A stretch of 64,000 nucleotides of DNA from Orbicella franksi. Taxonomy: Eukaryota. Positions 13,001-24,429 of the stretch are shown one piece after another (position 1 is the first letter of the stretch; each line of letters starts with the position of its first letter). Made by a program: the position numbers and the translations under genes. The stretch lies in contig OZ116712.1 in NCBI GenBank assembly GCA_964199315.1, positions 8,680,001 to 8,744,000 of the forward strand, in the 5' to 3' direction. The notes under the pieces were generated by a model. It worked only from the letters and a program-made list of their open reading frames with translations. It did no database searches and was not told where the DNA came from.

Positions 13001-16000
13001 CTTCACTTTCTCGGGCATGCGCACTTTCGTCACTAGGTTGAACAGATCAGGGCCTTCTACTGTGAAAGGGTTGGTGAACCGTTGAATACTAGTGGTCAGC
13101 TGCTGGACGTTCCTTTCTTCACGTAACCTGACAGCAGTGGTGAGGTTGTGATGGCTAGTCTGTGTCTTAGAAGAAGTACCTGCCATCAGCTTGGCTTGAT
13201 CTGCCAGTCTTGCTAACTCAGGTGCAATCAAAAAATACTTTGTGCGTGCAGTAGGGTTCAGCGTGATGCCAATCAATCCACCTGAGACTTTCATTGATCT
13301 GTTGACGTGTTCAAGCGCGTTGTCAGCGCCAACGGCACAGAATGCTACGTTCGCGTTCTTGTTCACCACCCAGTTGCCATTCTGGAACTCATGGTAGATT
13401 TCAGGATCGGTCTCCTTTATTATCTCCATCTCTGCCAAGTAAACAGGAATCATACGAGCGTAGTTTAACATGTCATGCGCAAAGAAGTACTTCACAAACA
13501 ACTTTAGGGCTTGTAGATGAAGATCCCAGTCTCCAGTCCGCACGGCTCTGATGAACGTCATCATCTCCAAAACCATTGCCATGTACCCTCGGGTGAACTT
13601 GAACAGTGGACTATCCTCATGGTCTGCATCAAACTGCTCCATCTTTGCAGCAAGCTCTGTTGAATTGATGGTCTGTGCCAGTTCTTCGTGCTTTGCTGTA
13701 ATATCTTGGTTTTCGCCTTTTTTACACGCATCGCTTAACTGGTTAGCCGACTTCTCCACAATCGTGCGTACAGCTGGGTGTCTCACGAAGAAGGCTTCCT
13801 GGTAGAGGCTGAATAGAGCTTGTAATGTAACCATGTGCGCTGCCTCTCCTCTCTTTACGTGGCTCCCACCGAGAATCTGCTTCACAGTGGAAGGCCCATA
13901 GAGATCCGACTCTACCCAGCACATGTCCAGCCCGCTGTTCTCGATGAATGCACCGATTGTGCGAAGTTGGGCCATCACGATGTGTAGCTCACCAGGACGA
14001 AGTATTATATGCCCAAGATCTTGACGGGTCATCTGTAACTTCTTTGCCGGTTGATACAGTCCCATATCAAGCGATATCACAGTCCTCCTGTTCTGCCCTA
14101 CAACCGCCGTGTTAATATTCTGTGCTTGCATCAGAATGGTAAGCAGAGTCTGCCACTCGTGTGCTGGTGCAGCGATCAGGGGAGGGGTGCCAACTCGTGT
14201 CAACGGCATGGAACTACTCATAGTGGAGTTATAGCCAGACCATACTGGGATGTTGGTACTAGGGGGCTGATTGTCTTCAACTTCTCCATTGGTGATCGTT
14301 CTGGTCATACTGCGTCCGAGAAGCCATGTGAAATCTTGCTTTTTGATGTACAATGGAAGTTGGTCTTCGGTACACAATCCAAACTGGGGGAAGGTGGGAC
14401 CAACAGGCCTTCCGGGTGGTGCAGGGCATTCTAGCAAGGTTGTCACAGATTCAGGAAGCTCTCTGATTGAGCGACGACACTGATCTCCGGGGTCCACGGT
14501 CAGCTCTGGTGCTACATCGCCTGCTTCCTGCCTTTGGTAGATTGCCATCGCTGTGCCGTGGAAGGTATTCTTGCCATCAGGAGTGTCCTCAGCGAAATCC
14601 ACATTATCGACTGCAAAAAAGACGTGCCCACCCAAAACTACATCAGGGGGTATATATAGACCATCATTCAGCTCCATGCGCTTTAGAACGCTAGCTTCGA
14701 TTTGGGCCTCTACTCTCAGGATCCTGTTGTAGTCCACTGACATTCCGAATCCATGAAGCATGGTTATGAGCTGCTTGCTTCTCACGGCCTGGTCTACAGC
14801 TATCCCAACAGCTAACTGCAGCGGCATCTCCGACGAGGATCTTACAACATCCGACTTCTTGTTTTTGACCTGCCTCTCAGTCAAACACATTGATACAGTG
14901 GTCTGGGATAGAGCCATTGCACGATTGTACACTTCGTCACATTTCTTTCCAGCAGAAAGCTCATGTTTTGGGCCTTGTATAATAATAATGGCAGTGCGAA
15001 GGGACTCACCAGCAGAAAAGGTACTGATATTATGCAGGCTCTTACGGTAACCGGGTGGGCCATCGCAGAAAAAACAGACATTCTTATTGTAGAGAGACGT
15101 TTTCGAACGGGTTAGTTGAGGAATTTCTACTGATGAATCTGGTCGTGATTTTCGCCTGGACTCATTGGGGCCTTCGAGCTGCCTCTCATACCTTTCTCTT
15201 GCTCGTCTAAGCATCCCAGTATGTACTGCATCTTTATAACATGATCTATGCCATGATGCCCGCCCATCCTCGAGCTCTTGGACAGAAGCAAACCTCAACT
15301 TACTCCACGCTTCTGTGTACTCAAGATTACCGTACTTACTCCATTCCTCGATCGATACCAGAACTTTTTCGTGAGCTTCGGGCTTTTCAACTAGATTTTC
15401 GTTTTTTTTTCTTTGACAAATTATACATAAGTGTAAATCCAACCCTTTGGCCTCAGTTTCGTTTGTTTTTTAACCAGAATCCGTTTCCATATCTTATTAA
15501 ACACCAAAAAAACATGCCGCTCTAGATGGACTGTAAATCCAACATGGCGGACCTCTAAAATGATGAAAATGACCGCTGACCAAAATCATTGTTTTTTCCT
15601 GATTTCAGTGAGCTATTGATTTGAATACAATCCCCTTAATAAATTTAACTCTGATCAATTTTCAGTAGCAAAATATATGCCTTCATGCCTTTGATGCTTA
15701 TTTGAAAACAACAAACGACCAGCCTCGCTTTCGTGCAGTGTTGATCATGTGATCAGTATTTACTACTTAAGTCTATGGATATGTATTAGATAAACTAAAT
15801 TAAATATGTCTGGTAATTTTGTGGAAATTTATTGTAGTTAATTGTATTTCCACGCCATTTTATATTCGAGCCTCGATTCCATGTTGAGCCATATAGGTCT
15901 AAAAATAGACTCCCCATAGCAGCCGCCGGTGCAGGTTACAAAATTGCCGACAACATTTTTTGTGTTCCTCAGGTTTCCCTTAACACATTTAGGTAGGTGG

Positions 16001-16059
16001 TTTGCTTTCACCATAAAAATCCCACGGAAATTTATTTTAAGACATATGCTCTCTGACTA
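10026..16059 (-). mobile_element. Academ (AcademX-type) DNA transposon nested in the Mutator-like element
   Basis: TIRs of ~365 bp (10026..~10390, ~15690..16059); termini TAGTCAG...CTGACTA; 3-bp TSD GAT (10023-10025, 16060-16062). Encodes a DDE + XPG/PIN-like + Cys-rich protein. Confidence 0.9.
10945..15442 (-). CDS. AcademX transposase/XPG-like nuclease/Cys8 zinc-finger protein; predicted exons 15442..12426, 12333..12231, 12111..11313, 11213..10945 (1395 aa)
   Basis: Motifs DNVDFAEDTPDG, SLDMGLY, RPGELH, DNALEHVN, DQEEADTKILLHA, SPDTDVFVL and CGCGKDKCRNNRCSC...CTDLCSC. Three GT-AG introns (92, 119, 99 bp) join the three listed ORFs in frame (4188 nt). Confidence 0.82.
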
Positions 16060-16525
16060 GATGTGCATGGACTGTAAAAGGGTTACGTCATAAAACCAAC
16101 CTGTTCATCACTGTCAGATTCCCCACTTGATATTAAAATGCAATTCTCTTCATGCGCAGGAGCAACTTTGGAGTTTTTATTTTTACTCTTGCTCTTCACT
16201 TCCTTTCCTTTTCTTTTTTTAGCTGGTGAGGCATCGATGCAGATTGTGACAGGAGAAAGAGGCTGAAATAAATAAGTCATAAGTTTTAGTGCTTGTGGTA
16301 TTTATTGTCACCCGTGCCTTTGTCGTTTTACCCTATGAAAACCGTAACATCAAAGAATTGAAGCCAGACGAGAGCATTAAATCTCTTTGACACTTCCTTG
16401 AATTTTGAGAACACTTTACTTTCTTTTTTTGATATTGAGTAGAAGGCTTCCATACTTCAGAAATAGATTGCTTATGAAGGTTAACGGCAGCTTACATCTT
16501 TGATATTCGACATCCATGTCATTAC

Positions 16526-16625
16526 TAGAGGATAATACATAGTTGCGCGGAGATATCGGATTTGAACACGAGAAGATAAATTCCATGTCTCAAAGCAACC
16601 ATGTAATGCTCTGTTTATTATATAA
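16526..16625 (+). repeat. Partial copy of the 3621..4120 repeat family
   Basis: AGAGGATAATACATAGTTGCGCGGAGATATCGGATTTGAACACGAGAAGATAAATT matches the 3621 copy with an internal deletion. Confidence 0.7.
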
Positions 16626-17129
16626 ACCTACTTTAACCTACTTTGGCTATCTAGACGACTGTTTATCTGTACTGAAGAAACAGGCATTTGCACAAGCACT
16701 ATTCCTAATACTTTAACTTCTAAAATGGCTAAATATCACGAGATAAGAATATGGTTTTTTGACGAACGCGTTCGCAGCTTTATGTCACGCACCGCCACAA
16801 CTCTGAAGTTAAAACTGCGCTGGTTTCCAGATGAAGCAGGCTACTCAGCTGAAAAGGTGTACACAAATATCAATTTACCCTCTCTCATGGCTAATGGGGA
16901 TAAAAACATTATTGGCTCATTAATTTTGGGTTTAAGATAACGATGACGTCACGTGCAAGCCAAGAATTTTCGGGATCCGGGATTTTACCAACATACATTG
17001 CGTGATTAAAGAGAACGCAAAATATCTTGACGGGATTTGGGATTTGACTGCGCTCCGAGGAGTGGAATAAACTAAAATTTCGGGACTGTTAGCCTTCCGT
17101 CAAGAATTCAGGAAGTCGTCACAACGTAA

Positions 17130-17620
17130 ATAATAAATAATAATAATAAATAATTAACTTATATTGCGCAATTATCAATTAAAAAATTTTCAATTGCGCA
17201 TTACAATATAAAGCTAAAAATTTACAATTTACAATTCACAATTAAAAAGCTTTAGAAAATAAAAAGGTCTTGATGGCTTTCTTGAAGCCTTGTACTGATG
17301 CCATGTTTCTTATTTCACTTGGAAGATCGTTCCATAATTTAGGGGCGGCCACATGAAAAGAGCGATCCCCAAGCGTAGCGAGCGATTTACATGGGCTATA
17401 ATTAAGGCGTAAACCATTGTTGGAACGCAGGTAATGTCTTCCAGCAGATTCTCTAACGGAAATAAGTTCACTTATGTAGGCTGGAGCAAGACCATGTACA
17501 GCTTTAAAAGTAATCAACAAAATGGACGTTCAAGCAGCGAACGCAAATCAACCGGGCGAGCACGTGGAGTCTATTTCAGAAGATACAATGTAAGACGCGG
17601 TAAAAACTGTTCCTGCAAAT
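17130..17620 (-). mobile_element. 3' fragment of an L2/CR1-group LINE (ORF2 C-terminus, 3' UTR, TTA-type tail)
   Basis: LITFKAVHGLAPAYISEL...YLRS...GDRSFHVAAPKLWNDLP...FKKAIKTFLF is the typical L2/CR1 ORF2 end. An AT-rich simple-repeat tail lies at ~17131-17160. Confidence 0.8.
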
Positions 17621-18739
17621 TTCAATTGTACTCTTGCATCTTACCGAGGTATGAAATTTACTACTTTTTCTGCACACGTAAGTTCAAAATTCTAAGAAAC
17701 GAGATTTGGAAAAAGCCATTTAAAAACGCGGGATGCAGGAATTTCGTAAAAAAGGAGCGGGCCCCAGTAGCTCACCGACAAAACAGGGAATATGCGAAAA
17801 AAAAATCAACAACGTGCAGAGAAAGAGAAAGAGCAGCGCTTACAAATAAGCGAAGCAAGATAAAACAAAACAAAACACTTATAACCATAAAGGCAGTTTA
17901 CAAGTTAAGCTTCACTATCTAAATTACCCCGACCTGCTCCCGTACTGGCCTCGTAGCTCAGTCGGGGTCAAGTTTTTTTTTTCGTTCCGTGGGAACCCTC
18001 CCAAAACTCCTTTTAGAGGGTAGTAACCCCAGGGGCTTTGGCGTATCGGCAGTATTACCGACTACCGGCACCATAAAACTCACCAACACCATTTAATTGC
18101 TATAAGTTAACCTTCTCTATCGCCGAATCATACAGCAATGTCGTAAACGTAACATGTCAACTGGGTTTAATCCTGATTTGTTTGTCTGTTTGTTTTGATT
18201 ATTTTTTTTGAGAGAGATTTTTTCGTGAAATTTGCCGCTCCCATTTTTGCGGAATTAGGTTTCTGCGAAGAAAAGGCGCGTGTAAATTCAGAAATGATTT
18301 GTTCGACTAAAGTTTTTTCCAGGAAACACTGGAATGGTTTTGATGACACAATTAAATCACGTTTCTTGCATTTTTGACATATTTAGATGTAAAGAAGCAA
18401 TTGAAGTTCTAATTGAGTATTTGATCTCTTTACTAACGGATGGAAAAATTCTACTTAATCGTAGCGCGCTAATGTATCCGAAACCATTATTAAATATAGA
18501 AATAAACTAAAAATTGATATAATCGATTATAACTGATGCATATCGCGGGATATCGAAACAGATTGGACACGCTGGGCCGGCCGGCATGAGCGGACACGAT
18601 GGTTTTCTAAAACAAATGATTTCACGAACCCATAAAGGAAAGAATCATTCGGAAGTTTGATTTTGCTATTCAAAAATAAAGGGATAAGTTGCGCGATAAC
18701 AAACAAAACATTTTCTGAGAAATGGCTAATAGAACTGAC

Positions 18740-19075
18740 CTTTCCACGTGGACAGTTTCCAAATCCTGGTGTAGGCTTCGTCAACTTCAAGCTCTCGCCA
18801 GAGTCACTCTGATCACTCGTTCCACCAGACTGAAAGTAGAAAAAAGTGTTGACGAAGTGGGTCACTAGATAATTTTTCGTGGAAGACTTTTGTAGTAACA
18901 AATAAAATCAAATGGTAACAAACTTATGTACCTGGCAAGACTGGAGTAAAGCAATTGCTGTGGCCTCTGCATCCCCTTCTTTTTGGTACTCGGACCATTT
19001 CTCACTTGGAGAAGGGCATCCCCTGACAATACTAGCGTACGAAAGAGACGATTTGTCTTCGGATGAAGAATCCAT
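18740..19075 (-). CDS. Two phase-0 coding exons (19075..18932, 18829..18740) of an unidentified gene inside the Mutator-like element
   Basis: ATG-started MDSSSEDKSSLSYASIVRG...LLQSCQ|gtacat ... ttttctactttcag|SGGTSDQ...CPRGK|gtcagt; exons of 144 and 90 nt, both open. Confidence 0.5.
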
Positions 19076-20089
19076 TTTCCAAAATTATAAAAAACTTTGC
19101 AAGTAAAGTCTATCCGAAGCGAAGCTTTGTGTTAGTCACGTTGTGTGCTATTATGTTACATAAGCAATCGGAATAACATGGTGTCAACTGAAACTGTCTT
19201 GTTTCCTTAGGAAATTTTGAAAAAAAGCAGAACACTGCCTGTCAGTTGCTCATTCATTAAGAGACTTATGCTGTGTTTACGCTTGAGCATTTTATCGAGG
19301 TATTGGAGTTAACTTACATAGGTAAATATTTTGTGCGTGTGAACGCCAACTAATTCCACGGAAAACGCCGCCCGAGAAAATAGAAAGTTAACAAATTATT
19401 TAGTACTATTTAACCCTCAGGCATGGTTAAGGTCAGTAACCAAGGTTGAGATGACAGACATACCCGCTTGCGGTCGCATAGTATTTCACATCCCGTGGTG
19501 ACCAGATTGCGTCAGTCTCATTCGATCACGTTTTCATTGTTTCCACGTTTTTTACCTAACTATCAATCTGGTCTCCTTCTTTGCCAAATCCGGACCAACC
19601 ACTAGGACAATGTAATCAACGAAATTTCTTGGTTAAAGGGATTTAAACCAGAATTGGTTTCTTGGTTTAACTTGCCATGTTTTTGCATGTCCAGCGCGCA
19701 TTGTCTTTTAAAGAGAAATTGGGCTCGACTTCTTGAGGTGTTGCAAAAGCAAGAGCCGCTGAAATCTTGAGACCTGAGTTTGCAGCTCAAAAACAATAAA
19801 ATAAAACGTGAGGACTACAACAGCTTTTCTTTTTCTTTGGCCGCAATTCAATTTGATGGTTATCGTGATCGATGACAGATCGGCTATTTAAGCCAGTATA
19901 AACACAGTACTAATGTACTATCTTTAACATCTTACAGCTGTACTTCCACTACAAAGGACTTAAATCAACTTCTCTACAATAAATACGAGGTTCGTTGAGG
20001 CTACCAAGGCAAACACTCGATAGTTCATTGATAAGTTGGGACCCCGGAAAAAAAACCCTGCTGTTGGTTCAAGCTTTCCTTATGCAGTA

Positions 20090-20563
20090 ATTAATGATAA
20101 TATATAGAGGACTATAGAGGATATTACATGGTTGTGCAGAAATATGAAATTATCTTCGAGTGTGCAAGATACATTTCATATCTCCAAGCCAATAACAAAG
20201 TTTTTGACGATTTTCCGTACATCTCCGACTGTTTTCCGAAGATTTCCGAAGATTTTCAAAATGTTGTCCAATCATTTTCCGAACTTTTCCAAACTTTTCC
20301 GAAGACTTCCGAAGTTTGCCGAAGATTGCCGAGGAAAATCCGAAGATGTTTCGACTTAATATCGATAACCTTGAATTATTTATTATAATTTATTAATTAA
20401 TAATTAATAATAATAACAACAGTCTGAAAAAAAATTTTAAAAAAATAAAAATTAAAAAAAAATAAAAATTTACGGGGGTAGCCCATAGGGTAGCCCACAG
20501 GGTAGCCCATAGGCTGGCCCATGGGCTAACCCATGGGCCTAGGCCCAGGTTTTGTCCACACCC
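20090..20563 (-). repeat. Right TIR of the Mutator-like element
   Basis: Reverse complement of 2990..3475. Confidence 0.88.
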
Positions 20564-20572
20564 ATTGAGATT

Positions 20573-22561
20573 CATCAATTCTGGCCTCTAGTCGAGATCA
20601 AGTGTTCGCCAGACCTAAAGTTCTTTCTCTGCTCCATGTATGCTCCCATTTGCCAGCCGAACATTAACACAAACGTTCCTCCATGCCGGTCAATTTGCAC
20701 ACGGGCAAGAAAAGGCTGCGCACCTTTCATGGGGCAATATGGCTTATCATGGCCCCAGCGAATGAGATGTAAAAACTTTCCAGAAGGCGTTGGTGACGGG
20801 TGGTGCCTGGGTGGAGCCGGCGACATTGCAGTTAATCATACGTTAACAGCCCGACCGGAATTGACCAAAACGAAAACAGCTAGCAAAAAGAAATGCGAAA
20901 ATATCAAAATACCTATGTGTCAAAATATTGGCTACAACTTAACTTCGATGCCGAACATATTCAACCACGACACAAAAGCAGAAGCAGCACTTGAGCTTCA
21001 TCAATTCTGGCCACTGGTAGAGATCAAATGCTCGCCTGACCTAAGGCTCTTTCTTTGCTCTGTGTATGCTCCCATGTGCCGGGCGAACTTTAAAGAAGAA
21101 GTGCCGCCATGCCGGTCGGTCTGTGAACGGGCAAGAAAAGGCTGCGCGTTTCTTATGCGTAAGTATGGCTTTTCGTGGCCCGAGAGGATGAGATGTGAGA
21201 AGTTTCCAAAAGAAGTTGGTGACGGATTGTGCCTGAATGGAGTCGAAAACGTTGAAGCAAATGATACCGCAACAGCTCGTACCACAACAGCTCAGACCAA
21301 AACGGCTCGTATGACAACAGCTGGACCGAAGGGGTTAAATACAACAAGTACAACTAGCAAGAAGAAATGTGAACAAATAAAAGTACCTATGTGCCAAAAT
21401 ATTGGCTACAACTTAACTTCTATGCCGAACATGTTTAACCACGGCACACAAGAGGAAGCAGCACTTGAGATTCATCAATTTTGGCCGCTAGTTGAGATCA
21501 AGTGTTCGCCTGACCTGAGGCTCTTTCTCTGCTCTCTCTATGCTCCCATGTGCCAGTCAAACTTCAAAGACGAAGTGCCGCCCTGCCGGTCGATTTGTGA
21601 ACAGGCAAGAAAAGGCTGCGCGCCTCTTATACGTCAGTATGGCTTTTCGTGGCACGAGCGAATGAAATGTGAAAACTTTCCTAAAATGGGTGACAGGTTG
21701 TGCCTGAGTGGAAACAGCGGTACAGCTAATCATGCGAAAACAGCTCCACCGACGGAATTAATTACAACAAACACAAATAGCAAGAAGAAATGTGAACAAA
21801 TAAAAATACCCATGTGCCAAAATATTGGCTACAACTTAACTTCTATGCCGAACATGTTTAACCATGATACACAAGAGGAAGCAGCACTTGAGATTCATCA
21901 ATTCTGGCCACTAGTTGAGATCAAGTGTTCGCCTGACCTAAAGTTCTTTCTCTGCTCCCTGTATGCTCCCATGTGCCAGCCGAACTTCAACGACGAAGTG
22001 CCCCCATGCTGGTCAGTCTGTGATCGAGCAAGACAAGGCTGCTCGCACGTTATGTTCAAGTATGGCTTTTCGTGGCCAGAGCGAATGAAATGCGAACACT
22101 TTCCTAAAGTTGGGGGAGACAAGTTGTGCATGGATACGCAAACTGCTTGGCCGAAGGGGTTAACTACAAAACAAACAAGTAACGGGAAGAAATGTGAAAA
22201 GATAAGGATACCCATGTGCCAAAATATTGGCTACAATCTAACTCACATGCCAAACATGCTTTATCACGACACACAAGAGGAAGCAGCACTTGAAGTTAAT
22301 CATTTCTGGCCGCTTGTCAATCAAAAGTGTTCACCTGACCTCAAGTATTTCCTCTGCTCCGTGTATGCCCCCATGTGCCAGCCGAACATTACAAGGAGAG
22401 TCCCACCATGCCGCTCACTTTGCAAAAGCGCAAGAAAAGGTTGTCTGCCTCTTGTGCGGCTGTTTGGCCTTTCGTGGCCCGAGCGAATCAGGTGCAGGTA
22501 TTTTCCAAAACGTGGTAGCGGACAATTATGCATAGGCAGTGAAGGAATTCCAGCTAATTAG
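20573..22561 (+). pseudogene. 3' part of the five-CRD Frizzled-5/8-like secreted protein gene (rest of CRD1 plus CRD2-5), still an open frame
   Basis: Four further complete 10-Cys CRDs, each beginning (S/G)KK(K)C, separated by Thr-rich linkers; no TM segment. Rejoined with 2804..2989 it gives a 724-aa ORF. Confidence 0.92.
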
Positions 22562-23056
22562 ACGACGAAAATAAGACATTGAGAGGTTCCCTACACTGAC
22601 TGAGGTGATGCATGAAACAAATTCTCTGCTAAGATAAACATAATATTTTTAGTTTGTGTATTTTCGTTAACTCGCAGTAAGAAAATGTCACTTTTTACGT
22701 CGCTAGCAGTAAAGCAAGCAGGCATTAAGTGAGTTGTCTGCTAGTATCGTGCATATGTCATGGCCTGTGATCCAACAGTCACTATATATTTTTACGATAA
22801 CTGCAGAAATTCTCGCGCGCTCATTGGCTAATTTTTCATTGTCAATAAGCGGACAGACGCATGAGTTTATAATTTATGCCATGCCTCAATAAGCGAGAGC
22901 GGACAATTTGACAATTTGTTATCGCAAAAAACAAATTGACATTAATTTTTAATGCATCTGTCCTGTTACTGATCATGAATTTCGTCATAACATTGTAGTC
23001 TACGGATCCACTCGGCTAACACTTCTTAGATTGATCCACAGCTACTTTGACAATGT

Positions 23057-23496
23057 CAGCAGTGAAAAGCTTTTACTTTATTAGGGAAGCTTTTCCATTG
23101 TGTCACTTTACAGACAATTTCCGATTGTAAACGTCTTAAATTTCTACTGCAGATTTTTTCTGTCTAGGTTCCAGACCCCCATTGATACAGTATAAATAGC
23201 TTTCCAAAATATTTTAACGGTTATACTTTTAAAAATGTATGTTGTTGTTGTTGTTGTTGTTGTTTATAGTGGTCAATTCGCTTGGCTACACCTAGCTAGT
23301 TCACAGGCATGCCACTTTAAATGAAAGATACAAATATATCAACTAAACGTAATAGGCTTAAAAATCCCAACCGGCGGGAAGCAGACCAGTTGGCTGGCCA
23401 TAAAGTTCATAAAATGCATCTTTTTAAAATGTTTATCACCGCTGTTTCTTTTATATTTTCAATCAAGCTACGATGACCGAAGACCAAGAGTTTATA
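23057..23496. mobile_element. ~440-bp insertion flanked by a 14-bp direct repeat, splitting an older repeat
   Basis: TACTTTGACAATGT at 23043-23056 and 23497-23510. Contains a (GTT)n tract and a SINE-like segment. Confidence 0.5.
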
Positions 23497-24195
23497 TACT
23501 TTGACAATGTTATGAAGAAATTCATGATCAGTAACAGAACAGACGTGTAAAAACTGACGTCAATTTGTTAAATCCATCAATTAGACGATAAAACAGCTTC
23601 TCCTCTCTATCATAGAATATCAGAACTAAGAAAATAGAATGTCCTTAATTTGATGAAATTCCCTTTGACTAGTACACATTTAGAGGTCGTAAGATATTCG
23701 ACAATTTATAGTTTGATAGCCAGCTCTATATGCTTTAATTTGATGTAGGGGTTTAAGTATCTACAGTTTAAACCGGACGCGCTACATTGCTTGGACGTGA
23801 GGCACCTCTGAAAGCATACGGTAACCTTAAAATTTCCCGACCCCTCCCCTCTCAACGAGTCGACCAACTGGAAGAACGGGATAAACAACCCCAAGAAATG
23901 AACAAACACAAAAGATTGCAGGCTTATCAGTTCCCTCCCTTCTCCTCCCCTCGACCCTTCTCCGTACACTCCCCACTCTCCCCTCCTAACACGTTGACGA
24001 TATCTTTGTCCTGGATGAATCGTCGGCAGTAAACCTCGAGTGAATTATTTACCTGCCCGGTCTCAGACCTGCGGATTAAGTAAGACACGATGCCCGGTTA
24101 TTCATTTTATTCGAGGTTAAATTAACCTTCGATCAGGCTTCTTTTTTTACCCCTTTCCCCGTTCACTGAAAAAAACCCTCCCCATTGCAGACTAA

Positions 24196-24429
24196 AGGAG
24201 CTCAGTCATGGTATTTTGAGTTATTTTGGCCACATACAAAATTACCTTTAAATGGTAGGAAACCTGAAAAGAACAGTTTAATAAGAAAGAAAAACGCCAA
24301 AGAGATAATGATAAACCATAAAGGAACAAGGATGACTAAGGACCGAGAAAATTAACACGGATTACAAACGACGAATTTGAAAAATTGAGGCTAAACTTTT
24401 CAATATGCGCAAACCCTGACGTAGCTCTT
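24196..24429. mobile_element. Second copy of the TTAA/Kolobok-like MITE
   Basis: Paralogous to 84..317; the left TTAA reads CTAA here. Confidence 0.45.

Larger units (their letters stand above)
2990..20563 (-). mobile_element. 17.6-kb Mutator/MuDR-like DNA transposon with long TIRs and nested insertions
   Basis: Ends GGGTGTGGACAAAACCTGGGCC... and ...GGCCCAGGTTTTGTCCACACCC. Flanks are cttgagatt (2981-2989) and attgagatt (20564-20572), a 9-bp TSD with 1 mismatch; a perfect 7-bp TSD with TG..CA ends is the alternative reading. Contains an internal MULE transposase. Confidence 0.88.

Noticed and set aside
20552-20572. Start of the 669-aa ORF as a real N-terminus
   Set aside because: It begins at a TTG inside the TIR, mid-CRD, with no signal peptide; the true start is 2804.
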